From: Candidatus Omnitrophota bacterium
GTDB lineage: Bacteria > Omnitrophota > Omnitrophia > Omnitrophales > Aquincolibacteriaceae
Assembly: GCA_041666865.1 (NCBI GenBank)
Contig: JBAYGD010000003.1
Location: 51,642 to 115,641, forward strand
DNA: 64,000 bases
Direction: 5' to 3'
Each line of letters opens with the position of its first letter. Position 1 is the first letter of the stretch. The notes beneath the pieces are model-generated. The model made no database searches. It was not told the DNA's origin and worked only from the letters and a program-made list of their open reading frames with translations. Of this stretch, positions 56,684 through 64,000 are shown piece by piece. The position numbers and the translations under genes were made by a program.

Positions 56684-57169
56684 CTAAAAAGGGATATCCT
56701 CGTCCGGCTTGAGTTCCTTGTCGGAAATCGACACGGGAGCCTTGCCTGCAGAGGGTTGATGAGAATCTTCTTCGTAAAGTGCGTCTTCGGGGGCAACCGA
56801 AGCCGCGGCGCCGTCGCGCTCGCCGTCCTTTGCGCCGCCGCGGGAAAGGAACTGCACGTCGAGTGCAACCACTTCGATCGTCGACCGCTTGGTCCCGTCA
56901 GGCGCGTCCCAACTCCGGCTTTGGAGCCGCCCCTCGACATACACGGGGCTGCCTTTCTTGAGGTACTCGTTGCAAACTTCGCCGCGCCGTCCCCAGACGA
57001 CGACCCGTATGAAACTGACTTCTTCTTTCTTCTCACCCGCCTGCGAGACATAACGGCGGTTGCACGCCACCGTAAACGAAGTCACGCCCTGGCCGGAAGG
57101 AAGATAACGAAGCTCCGGATCCCGGGTCAGATTGCCGATCAGCATCACCTTGTTTAAACTTGCCGCCAT
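56684..57169 (-). CDS. ssb: Single-stranded DNA-binding protein
   Basis: OB-fold N-terminus (LNKVMLIGNLTRDPELRY) and acidic C-terminal tip DEDIPF. Confidence 0.9.
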   Translation of the reverse strand: MAASLNKVMLIGNLTRDPELRYLPSGQGVTSFTVACNRRYVSQAGEKKEEVSFIRVVVWGRRGEVCNEYLKKGSPVYVEGRLQSRSWDAPDGTKRSTIEVVALDVQFLSRGGAKDGERDGAAASVAPEDALYEEDSHQPSAGKAPVSISDKELKPDEDIPF

Positions 57170-57213
57170 AAATTTATCTCTTTCGAATCAATCGGTTTAC
57201 AGACCTTCAAGAA

Positions 57214-57573
57214 TCAGGAGCCCGCCGGGGCAGGTACCACGGTCTCGGTCACAACCGCAGGTTTCGCAGGGGCGGCCTTGACAACCGTCGGCCCCTTGAT
57301 GAGCACCGTATACTTCAGCAGCCCCTCCTGCAGGTTGAGCGTCTTCGTCAATTCCTGCATGCGGGAGGGATCCATGCGAAAATCGTAGACGAAGAACAAA
57401 CCATCGCGGTATTTCCGGATTTCATAGCCGAGCGTTTTCTTTCCGAACTCGGTCTTCTGGACCACCGTGCCCCCGAATTTCTGGAAGGTATCTTCCAAAA
57501 CCTTTTCCTGTTTCTTGAGGGCCTCCGGCGTCACATCCGGAGGAAAAATAAAAATCCCTTCATAAACTTTCAT
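57214..57573 (-). CDS. rpsF: 30S ribosomal protein S6
   Basis: MKVYEGIFIFPPDV...; first gene of the rpsF-ssb-rpsR-rplI operon. Confidence 0.9.
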   Translation of the reverse strand: MKVYEGIFIFPPDVTPEALKKQEKVLEDTFQKFGGTVVQKTEFGKKTLGYEIRKYRDGLFFVYDFRMDPSRMQELTKTLNLQEGLLKYTVLIKGPTVVKAAPAKPAVVTETVVPAPAGS

Positions 57574-57750
57574 AGTGTTCTCCGATCATCTGAAATTGAA
57601 ACGACACTGCCCTTGCGCTTCCTTCGAATGACCCAGGGCTTTTTTTGATTGAATGCTTCAAGTGGCAGCCTGATAAGGACATAAGAACAGCGCTGAAGTG
57701 CCAACAATGTAACATAAATTCCGAAAACACGCAAGAGCGGATTTTAACAT

Positions 57751-58368
57751 CTAACTTGAATGATCACTATGATTTACGACGTTCATCGCCTTTTCGATGG
57801 GCTCCTGGATCCAAAGACAAACCGCTTCGACTCCGCGGTCGAGGAGGGCAGGAATCGCCTTTTCCTCTTCGGACAAAAAATCGGAGAGGACAAACTCTTC
57901 AAGAGGAACCGATTCGGGAGGGCCGAACACCCGCGCCAAGGCAGGAGCACTATGGCCGATTCCGATGCGGAGACGGGCAAAGCGAGAGATCCCTAAATCC
58001 GCCGTGATCGATTTGAGTCCGTTGTGTCCTCCGTCGCTCCCTCCGGCACGAAGCCGAAGCCTTCCGAAGCCCAGGGCCGCGTCATCGACCAGCACAAGAA
58101 GATCCCCTCCGTCCTGTAACTCAAAATGGCGGCACAGGGCCGCGACAGAACGGCCGGACAAATTCATGAAGTTGTGCGGACAAGCAACCACAACCTCGCT
58201 GCCTCCGACTTGGCTCCGGGCCACGTCGGACTGGCAGCTTTTGAGCTTTGAGAACGAAAGAGCGAAACGACGCGCACATTGAACGGCCAAACGCCGGCCG
58301 ATGTTGTGCCTGGTCGCCGAATAGGCCGTCCCCGGATTACCAAGGCCGACGACCAATTTCAACGCCAT
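57751..58368 (-). CDS. pth: Peptidyl-tRNA hydrolase
   Basis: MALKLVVGLGNPGTAYSATRHNIG; start ATG 58368 in TAATG overlap with rplY stop. The track's 100-aa R-rich extension was rejected. Confidence 0.85.
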   Translation of the reverse strand: MALKLVVGLGNPGTAYSATRHNIGRRLAVQCARRFALSFSKLKSCQSDVARSQVGGSEVVVACPHNFMNLSGRSVAALCRHFELQDGGDLLVLVDDAALGFGRLRLRAGGSDGGHNGLKSITADLGISRFARLRIGIGHSAPALARVFGPPESVPLEEFVLSDFLSEEEKAIPALLDRGVEAVCLWIQEPIEKAMNVVNHSDHSS

Positions 58369-59081
58369 TATTTTTTCTCGGCCTTCGTCGCCGCTTTGTC
58401 GGCCGCCGCCGGCGCTGCCGCCTCGGTCCCCGCGCCCTCTTCGGGCTTCTTGCCTTTTTCGATGACTTCCGGCGCCGCGACGACTTCTCCCTCTGCCGGC
58501 GCAACAACCTCTTCGCGCACAGCATGGACCGCGATCACAGCTTCGTCCTGGCCGAGGTTGCAGGTAACGTCCGCGGGAATCGCAAGATCCTTCACGTACA
58601 AAACGTCTTCGAGCTTCATCCCCTTGACGTCCACTTCGATTTTTTCCGGAATGGCCGTTGGAAGGCACTCAACCTCGATTTCGTGATGGATCAATTCGAG
58701 AACGCCGCCTTCCTTGACCCCCGGGGCTTCTGCCGTGTTTTTGACCACCAGCGGGACCCGGACCGTAATTTTCTCGGTCATGGAGATCACCGTCAGATCG
58801 ACGTGGCAAATCAGGTCCGTGACCGGATTGTGCTGAAGCTCCTTGATGACGCAGGTAGATTCCTTGAGCTTGACGCCCGGCACGCTCAGCGTCAAAAGCA
58901 CGTTGGCTCCGGCCTTGGTATGAATGGCCCGGCTGAACTCCCGGTACTCGAGCTCGAGGCCGAGAGGCTTCATGCCGTGGCCGTATAAAATGGCCGGCAC
59001 ACCCCCGCGCCGGCGCACTTCCTTCGCTGCCTGTTTTCCCGATTCTTCGCGGACCTTCGCCGCCAAAGTCACTGTTTCCAT
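58368..59081 (-). CDS. rplY: 50S ribosomal protein L25 / general stress protein Ctc
   Basis: Ctc-type L25 with A/E/K-rich C-terminal tail. Confidence 0.85.
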   Translation of the reverse strand: METVTLAAKVREESGKQAAKEVRRRGGVPAILYGHGMKPLGLELEYREFSRAIHTKAGANVLLTLSVPGVKLKESTCVIKELQHNPVTDLICHVDLTVISMTEKITVRVPLVVKNTAEAPGVKEGGVLELIHHEIEVECLPTAIPEKIEVDVKGMKLEDVLYVKDLAIPADVTCNLGQDEAVIAVHAVREEVVAPAEGEVVAAPEVIEKGKKPEEGAGTEAAAPAAADKAATKAEKK

Positions 59082-59115
59082 GATGGATCTCCTTTGAAAT
59101 TGATGTTAAAAAAAA

Positions 59116-60114
59116 CTAAGCCTCGACGCCGACCTGGGCAAACAAGGTACTCACCGATTCGTTCGAGTGGATCCGGTAGATCGCCTCGGCGAGAAGGGGC
59201 GCCACCGATAATTGCGTAATCTTCGGGATTCTTTTTTCCGGCGCGAGCGGGATCGAGTTCGTCACGATCAGCTCCTTGATCACCGACTGACCGATCCGCT
59301 CGACGGCGGGTCCCGCCAGCACAGGGTGGACCACCGTCGCATAGACGTCGAGAGCCCCGTGCTTGGCAAGCGCCCCGGCGGCCTCGACGAGCGATCCCCC
59401 GGTCGAAATCAGGTCGTCGACGATCACGACATTCTTGCCCCGGACTTCCCCGATGATGTTCATGACATGGGTCCGTGTCGCGTCTTCGCGGCGCTTATCG
59501 ACGATCGCAAAAGGACACTCGAGCAGTTTCGAATAAGCGCGCGCCATGCGGATGCCGCCGACGTCGGGGGAAACCACCACGAGATTTTTCAGCTCCTTCT
59601 TCTTGAGGTAGTCGCCGATCACGCGGATCGAATAAAGGTGGTCGACGGGAATATCGAAAAATCCCTGGATCTGTCCGGCATGCAGATCCATGGTCAGGAC
59701 GCGGTTGGCTCCCGCGACGGTAATGATATTGGCCACAAGCTTCGCCGTAATCGGGACGCGCGGCCGGTCTTTGCGGTCCTGGCGGGCGTAGCCGAAAAAG
59801 GGCAACACCGCCGTAATCCGCTTGGCCGAGGCCCGGCGGGCCGCATCCATCAGAATGAGCAGCTCCATCAGGTTGTCGTTCGGGGGCGTGCAGGTCGACT
59901 GTACGATGAAGACGTCTTTGCCCCGCACGTTCTCGCGGATCTGCACTTGCGTCTCGCCTTCGGGGAACCTCCCGCAGACCACTTCCCCGAGCGGCTTGGA
60001 AAGCAAGTGCGCGATTTCGCCGACGAGCTCCGGGTTGGAGTTCCCCCCAAAAATCACCAGGGCATCGTCTCCATTATGTATTCCGTCCATCCTGTTGCGA
60101 TCCATGCCTGACAT
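59116..60114 (-). CDS. prs: Ribose-phosphate pyrophosphokinase
   Basis: PRPP-binding and Prs signature blocks (DLHAGQIQGFFDIPVDHL, VVSPDVGG); exact start among the first 3 Met codons is uncertain. Confidence 0.9.
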   Translation of the reverse strand: MSGMDRNRMDGIHNGDDALVIFGGNSNPELVGEIAHLLSKPLGEVVCGRFPEGETQVQIRENVRGKDVFIVQSTCTPPNDNLMELLILMDAARRASAKRITAVLPFFGYARQDRKDRPRVPITAKLVANIITVAGANRVLTMDLHAGQIQGFFDIPVDHLYSIRVIGDYLKKKELKNLVVVSPDVGGIRMARAYSKLLECPFAIVDKRREDATRTHVMNIIGEVRGKNVVIVDDLISTGGSLVEAAGALAKHGALDVYATVVHPVLAGPAVERIGQSVIKELIVTNSIPLAPEKRIPKITQLSVAPLLAEAIYRIHSNESVSTLFAQVGVEA

Positions 60115-60129
60115 AGAAGTTCCTTCTGG

Positions 60130-61395
60130 TTAGCGGCGTTTTGAAAGGGGCCTGGCGGGAACACCCGCCACGACACATCCCCGGCGGACCCGTGTCCCGC
60201 GGGTCAGGACGGCTCCGGCACCCGTCCTGGATCCGTCCTCGAGCGATACGGGCGCGATCAGGACCGTGTCGGACCCCACAAAAACCTTTTTTCCGATTCG
60301 TGTCACGTGTTTGTCTTTGCCGTCATAATTCGCGGTGATCGTCCCCGCGCCGATATTGGTTCCATCGCCGATCCGGGCATCGCCCAGATAACTGAGGTGC
60401 TTGGCCAAAACCTTGTTTCCGATCTTCGAGCGGTTGACCTCGACGAAAGAACCGATCACGCAATCGTCGCCGAGGACCGTCCCGCTGCGGATTTTCGCAA
60501 AAGGACCGATCCGGCACCCGGCGCCGATCTTCACGCCGGATTCGATATAACACCAGGGGTAAATGACCGAGTCCCTGCCGATCCGTACTCCCGGAGCCAC
60601 AAACGTCTGCTCCGGGCAAACAAACGTGACCCCGTTGTCCTGATGAGCGCGAATCTCCCGTCCGTTCATAATCAAGGTCCCTTCCGCCAGATGCTGTCGC
60701 GAGTTGATCCCGTGCGCTTCGCGCGGGGAAGCCGCCGGAAACGCCTCGACCCGTGCGCCTTGACGCGCGAGGATCTCGATGACATCGGTCAAATAATATT
60801 CCTGTTTCCTGTTTTGCGGCCGGATGCTCCGCAGAGCGCCGAACAGCCGCTCTCGGCCAAACGCATAGACGCCGGTGTTGATCTCCTGAATGCGCCGTTC
60901 GGTCTCCGAGGCGTCCAACTCTTCGCGGATCCCGTAAAACCGCCCGCCGGCTCTCAGGATCCTTCCGTACCCTTTCGGTTCGCTCTGCAAAGCCGACAGA
61001 ACGCTCGCGTCGGCGCGCGTCTGGCGGTGCCTGCGCAAAAACTCCCGAATCGTTGAGGCATCAAGGAAGGGCATATCCCCCGGCCATATCAGCACATCCT
61101 GCGACGACCCCGCGAGCGCCCCGCGGGCCGTCATCACCGCATGCCCGGTGCCCTTTTGCTCGCGCTGCAAAACCGTCACGGCACGGATCCGCGACGTCTT
61201 CGCCTTGGCGTCTAAAAAGGCCCTGACCTCCGAGGCCCCGTTCCCGATCACGACGACCGGACCCGGGATCCCGATTTCCTCGAGGGTCTCGAGGACATAG
61301 TCCAAAACGGGCCGGTCAAAAATTTCATGGAGGACCTTGGGACGTTCCGAGCACATCCTCGTCCCCTTCCCCGCCGCCAGGATAAGCGCCTGCAC
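60130..61395 (-). CDS. glmU: Bifunctional GlcNAc-1-P uridyltransferase / GlcN-1-P acetyltransferase
   Basis: MQALILAAGKGTRM nucleotidyltransferase N-terminus and C-terminal left-handed beta-helix hexapeptide repeats. Confidence 0.85.
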   Translation of the reverse strand: MQALILAAGKGTRMCSERPKVLHEIFDRPVLDYVLETLEEIGIPGPVVVIGNGASEVRAFLDAKAKTSRIRAVTVLQREQKGTGHAVMTARGALAGSSQDVLIWPGDMPFLDASTIREFLRRHRQTRADASVLSALQSEPKGYGRILRAGGRFYGIREELDASETERRIQEINTGVYAFGRERLFGALRSIRPQNRKQEYYLTDVIEILARQGARVEAFPAASPREAHGINSRQHLAEGTLIMNGREIRAHQDNGVTFVCPEQTFVAPGVRIGRDSVIYPWCYIESGVKIGAGCRIGPFAKIRSGTVLGDDCVIGSFVEVNRSKIGNKVLAKHLSYLGDARIGDGTNIGAGTITANYDGKDKHVTRIGKKVFVGSDTVLIAPVSLEDGSRTGAGAVLTRGTRVRRGCVVAGVPARPLSKRR

Positions 61396-61401
61396 GGCCC
61401 C

Positions 61402-62304
61402 TTACCCTTTGATGCCCGTGAGCTTGATGCCTTCGACGAAGAAACGCTGGTTGAAAATGAACACCAGCAAGATCGGAAGGATCATCATCACCGAGGCCGC
61501 CATGAGCAGGGTCCAGTCGGTGTGATGCAAGCTCTGAAAATACGCCAGCCCGACCGGAAGCGTGAATTTTTCCTGAGTATTGATCACGATCAGGGGCCAC
61601 ATGAAATTCATCCACGACCCCATGAACGTGAACGTCGTCAGCGTCGCGAGCGCGGGCTTGGAAAGCGGCAAAATAATTCTCCAGAAAATGCCCAAATAGT
61701 TGCAGCCGTCCATCTTGGCCGCATCCTCCAGGTCCTTGGGCAACGTCATGAAAAACTGACGGAGCATGAACGTCCCGTACGCGGTAAAGATCCCGGGAAG
61801 GATCATGGCTTTATAGGTATCCACCCATCCAAGGGTCTTCAGCAAAATAAAAACGGGGATCATGGTCACAGCCCCCGGGACCATCATCGTCGACAGGTAG
61901 CCGAAGAAAATCCTGTCCCGGCCCGGGAATTTGAGCCGCGCAAAAGCGTAACCGGCCATCGCGCTCGTCGCAACCTGCCCCAAGGTCACGCATAACGTGA
62001 CAAAAATCGAATTAAGATAAAAATTCAAAAACGGCACGACCCGCATGGCTTTCACGTAATTTTCCCATACGAAGGAAGTCGGGATCCATTCTTCCCACCA
62101 AGTCTGCTGGAAGGAAAAGACGGCCCCCGGCGCTTTCAGAGAAGTCGAAATCATCCAGAGAAAGGGCGCCACCATGGACACGGCTCCGGCGCTCAAAAGA
62201 GCGTAGGACCCTATCTTTTGCAGGATCAGCCGGTGCAAATGCGAACGCTTAACTTGATCCAGCGTTCTGCGCCTCTCCAGCCTGTTGTTGTCCGTTTCGA
62301 CGTC
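61402..62304 (-). CDS. Carbohydrate ABC transporter permease (MalG/UgpE-like)
   Basis: 6-TM binding-protein-dependent permease with EAA loop; start uncertain (probable GTG ~62304). The track ORF start overlaps the upstream gene by 108 nt. Confidence 0.65.
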   Translation of the reverse strand, partial: DVETDNNRLERRRTLDQVKRSHLHRLILQKIGSYALLSAGAVSMVAPFLWMISTSLKAPGAVFSFQQTWWEEWIPTSFVWENYVKAMRVVPFLNFYLNSIFVTLCVTLGQVATSAMAGYAFARLKFPGRDRIFFGYLSTMMVPGAVTMIPVFILLKTLGWVDTYKAMILPGIFTAYGTFMLRQFFMTLPKDLEDAAKMDGCNYLGIFWRIILPLSKPALATLTTFTFMGSWMNFMWPLIVINTQEKFTLPVGLAYFQSLHHTDWTLLMAASVMMILPILLVFIFNQRFFVEGIKLTGIKG

Positions 62305-62333
62305 CACGATGCCTGTCTCCCCTGGGCTACGAA

Positions 62334-63251
62334 TCAATAATGAACGTTCTTGCCGTAAAAACGCCATTGGAAAAGCGTGAAGGCGAACACAATCACGAAC
62401 AGCACCCACGCGATAGCCGCCGCGTACCCCATGTTGTGCCACTGGAACGCGTTGTTATACAAATAGAAAATAATCGTCGTCGTGGACCCGTTCGGACCGC
62501 CGCCGGTCATGATATACGCCGGATCAAAGCCCGCCTGAAAGCCGCCGATGATACTCATGATGGCGATAAAAAAAGTCGTCGGCGAAATCTGCGGCCAGGT
62601 CACGGCCCAAAATTTCTGCCACCCGTTGGCCCCGTCAACCTCCGCGGCATCGTAATAGTCCCGCGGCACTCCCTGCAGGGCGGCCAGGTAAAGGATCATG
62701 TTGTACCCGCCGACCATTTGCCAGACTCCCATGATGATCAGCGCCGGTTTGGCCCAGCGCTCGTCGGTCAGCCACTGGGGTCCGGTCAGACGCAGGTTCA
62801 GGAGTTCGCCCGCCTTGGCGATGAACTGATTAAAAACCCCGAACTCGGGATTATAAATCAGCCTCCACAGCATATAAATCGCCACCCCCGAGCACAGGGT
62901 CGGCAGGAAATAAACTGTCCGAAAAAAAACGATTCCCCGGAGTTTCTGGTTCAGGGCCAGGGCCAGGATGAGCGAACCGGCCATGCTGAAAGGAATGCTC
63001 ATCATCAGATAAACCGTGTTCCCGCAGTATTGCCAGAAATAGGGGTCGCGCAGCAGCGCGACAAAATTAGCCCCGCCGACAAACCGCGGCGGCCAGGACA
63101 AAAGGTCCCACTCCACAAAGCTCAAAAGCAGGGACGCCATCACCGGCACCGAAGTAAAAACCAAAAAACCCAGAAGGTTCGGCAGCAGGAAAAGATACGC
63201 CGCCATCGTTTCTTTGCACGAGTGGCAATGGAACCATGAGAGCTTTTTCAT
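62334..63251 (-). CDS. Carbohydrate ABC transporter permease (MalF/UgpA-like)
   Basis: 6-TM permease; start at ATG 63251 (MKKLSW...) in ATGA overlap with the clpX stop. Confidence 0.7.
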   Translation of the reverse strand: MKKLSWFHCHSCKETMAAYLFLLPNLLGFLVFTSVPVMASLLLSFVEWDLLSWPPRFVGGANFVALLRDPYFWQYCGNTVYLMMSIPFSMAGSLILALALNQKLRGIVFFRTVYFLPTLCSGVAIYMLWRLIYNPEFGVFNQFIAKAGELLNLRLTGPQWLTDERWAKPALIIMGVWQMVGGYNMILYLAALQGVPRDYYDAAEVDGANGWQKFWAVTWPQISPTTFFIAIMSIIGGFQAGFDPAYIMTGGGPNGSTTTIIFYLYNNAFQWHNMGYAAAIAWVLFVIVFAFTLFQWRFYGKNVHY

Positions 63252-64000
63252 GCCGTTTTTTCGATCTCTGCGCTGCGAACCAGGATCGGGGCTTGTTTGC
63301 CTTCGACCACCTCCGCAGTGACCACGCACTCTGCGATATCGGTCTCCGAGGGAATGTCGTACATCACATCGAGCATCATCGTCTCCAAAATCGTCCGCAG
63401 CGCCCGGGCGCCGGTGGCTTTCTTGATGGCCTTGCGGGCGATGGCTTCGAGCGCCCCCGGTTCGAAAGTCAGTTTCACGCCCTCCATCCTGAAAAATTCT
63501 TCGTATTGTTTGACCAGCGCGTTGCGAGGCTCCTTCAAAACCCGAACCAGGTCGGACTCACAGAGCCCGTTCAAGGTCCCCAGCACGGCAAAGCGGCCGA
63601 CGAACTCGGGAATGAAACCGAATTTGAGGAGATCTTCGGTTTCGACAAGCTCCAGGGTTTGGCCGATTGAGCGGTCGGGCTCCGAGCCCGCATGGAACGC
63701 CGCTCCGAACCCCATCGAACGGGAATCGACCCGTCGGTGGATGATCTTCTCGAGGCCAGAAAAAGTCCCGCCGCAGATGAACAGGATATTCCGGGTGTTG
63801 ATCTGGATATACTCCTGCTGCGGATGTTTTCGTCCGCCCTGAGGCGGCACGTTTGCCACGGTCCCCTCAAGAATTTTCAGAAGGGCCTGCTGGACCCCCT
63901 CGCCGGAAACATCCCGCGTAATCGAAACATTCTCCGAGGTGCGTGCGATTTTGTCGATTTCGTCGATATAAATGATCCCGAGCTCCGCGCGTTTGGCATC
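63248..64000 (-). CDS. clpX: ATP-dependent Clp protease ATP-binding subunit ClpX, C-terminal ~250 aa (5' end beyond window)
   Basis: Manual translation to the window edge reads ...[73 protein letters not shown]...ARALRTILE...; the track lists only the part from an internal GTG. Confidence 0.85.
   Translation of the reverse strand, partial: DAKRAELGIIYIDEIDKIARTSENVSITRDVSGEGVQQALLKILEGTVANVPPQGGRKHPQQEYIQINTRNILFICGGTFSGLEKIIHRRVDSRSMGFGAAFHAGSEPDRSIGQTLELVETEDLLKFGFIPEFVGRFAVLGTLNGLCESDLVRVLKEPRNALVKQYEEFFRMEGVKLTFEPGALEAIARKAIKKATGARALRTILETMMLDVMYDIPSETDIAECVVTAEVVEGKQAPILVRSAEIEKTA

Noticed and set aside
57608-57647. Weak plus-strand hairpin followed by T7 in the pth-rpsF spacer
   Set aside because: The stem is only 5 bp with a 21-nt loop and there is no plus-strand gene upstream. 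It is more likely part of the AT-rich rpsF promoter region.
57687-57705. TTGGCACTTCAGCGCTG upstream of rpsF (minus strand) resembling a sigma-54 -24 element
   Set aside because: The -12 GC is displaced by one nucleotide, and an rpsF ribosomal operon is not expected to be sigma-54 dependent.
57751-58668. Long N-terminal extensions in the ORF track (pth +100 aa, cimA +73 aa, lysC +76 aa, amt +33 aa, aroB +27 aa, aroK ~+49 aa, skp +42 aa, lpxB +27 aa)
   Set aside because: The extensions are R-rich, overlap upstream genes, and internal ATG/GTG codons with good RBS coincide with the conserved family N-termini, so the shorter starts were used.

Overview
This is a high-GC (~60%) chromosomal segment from a Gram-negative (diderm) bacterium; family assignments below are by eye from motifs, as no database search was possible. 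It is densely packed with housekeeping genes, and about 61 of roughly 66 genes lie on the minus strand. Corrected start codons were chosen by reading RBS and start context where the six-frame track over-extended N-termini.

Gene content, in window order:
- **Lipid A/LPS, first block:** a partial lpxL-family acyltransferase running off the window start, then lpxK and kdtA.
- **Replication/repair and small genes:** xerC/D recombinase, topA, dprA.
- **Aromatic amino acids:** aroB, aroK, aroC, with a prepilin peptidase gene inserted before aroE.
- **Branched-chain amino acids:** leuA, ilvC, ilvN, ilvB.
- **Miscellaneous:** a putative secreted hydrolase, eda, uvrB, nadC, a REC-GGDEF regulator, glnK and amt, a CBS protein, recN, a membrane-anchored kinase-like protein, valS.
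- **Threonine/isoleucine module:** cimA, lysC, an ApgM-like 'proposed homoserine kinase', thrC, hom.
- **Peroxide/redox cluster:** an orphan secreted protein, a tri-heme cytochrome c peroxidase, a Zn-ADH, and a small c-type cytochrome.
- **Lipid A, second block:** msbA, then on the plus strand a Gfo/Idh/MocA oxidoreductase and lpxB.
- **Regulatory pair:** an exosortase-associated-like small secreted protein next to a GAF-type sigma-54 enhancer-binding protein.
- **Lipid A, third block and envelope:** lpxI, lpxA, a fused lpxC-fabZ, skp, bamA.
- **Ribosomal/replication operon:** dnaB, rplI, rpsR, ssb, rpsF, then pth, rplY, prs, glmU, two sugar-ABC permeases and a 5'-truncated clpX at the window end.

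No rRNA, tRNA or CRISPR array was found, and no obviously novel multi-gene system stands out. The most unusual observations are:
1. A ~380-bp tandem repeat with 15-bp units, partly organised as 30-bp super-units, which appends a pentapeptide-repeat tail to LpxK and spans the lpxK/lpxL junction.
2. A ThiS/MoaD-like ubiquitin-fold domain ending in Gly-Gly that is fused in-frame to the N-terminus of topoisomerase I.
3. A textbook MITE: 195 bp with 23-bp perfect terminal inverted repeats and a 9-bp target-site duplication, inserted exactly at the uvrB stop codon.
4. A hairpin-rich repetitive element occupying an unusual 246-bp ilvB-ilvN spacer.
5. An array of four unrelated perfect palindromes in about 175 bp beside the sigma-54 regulator.
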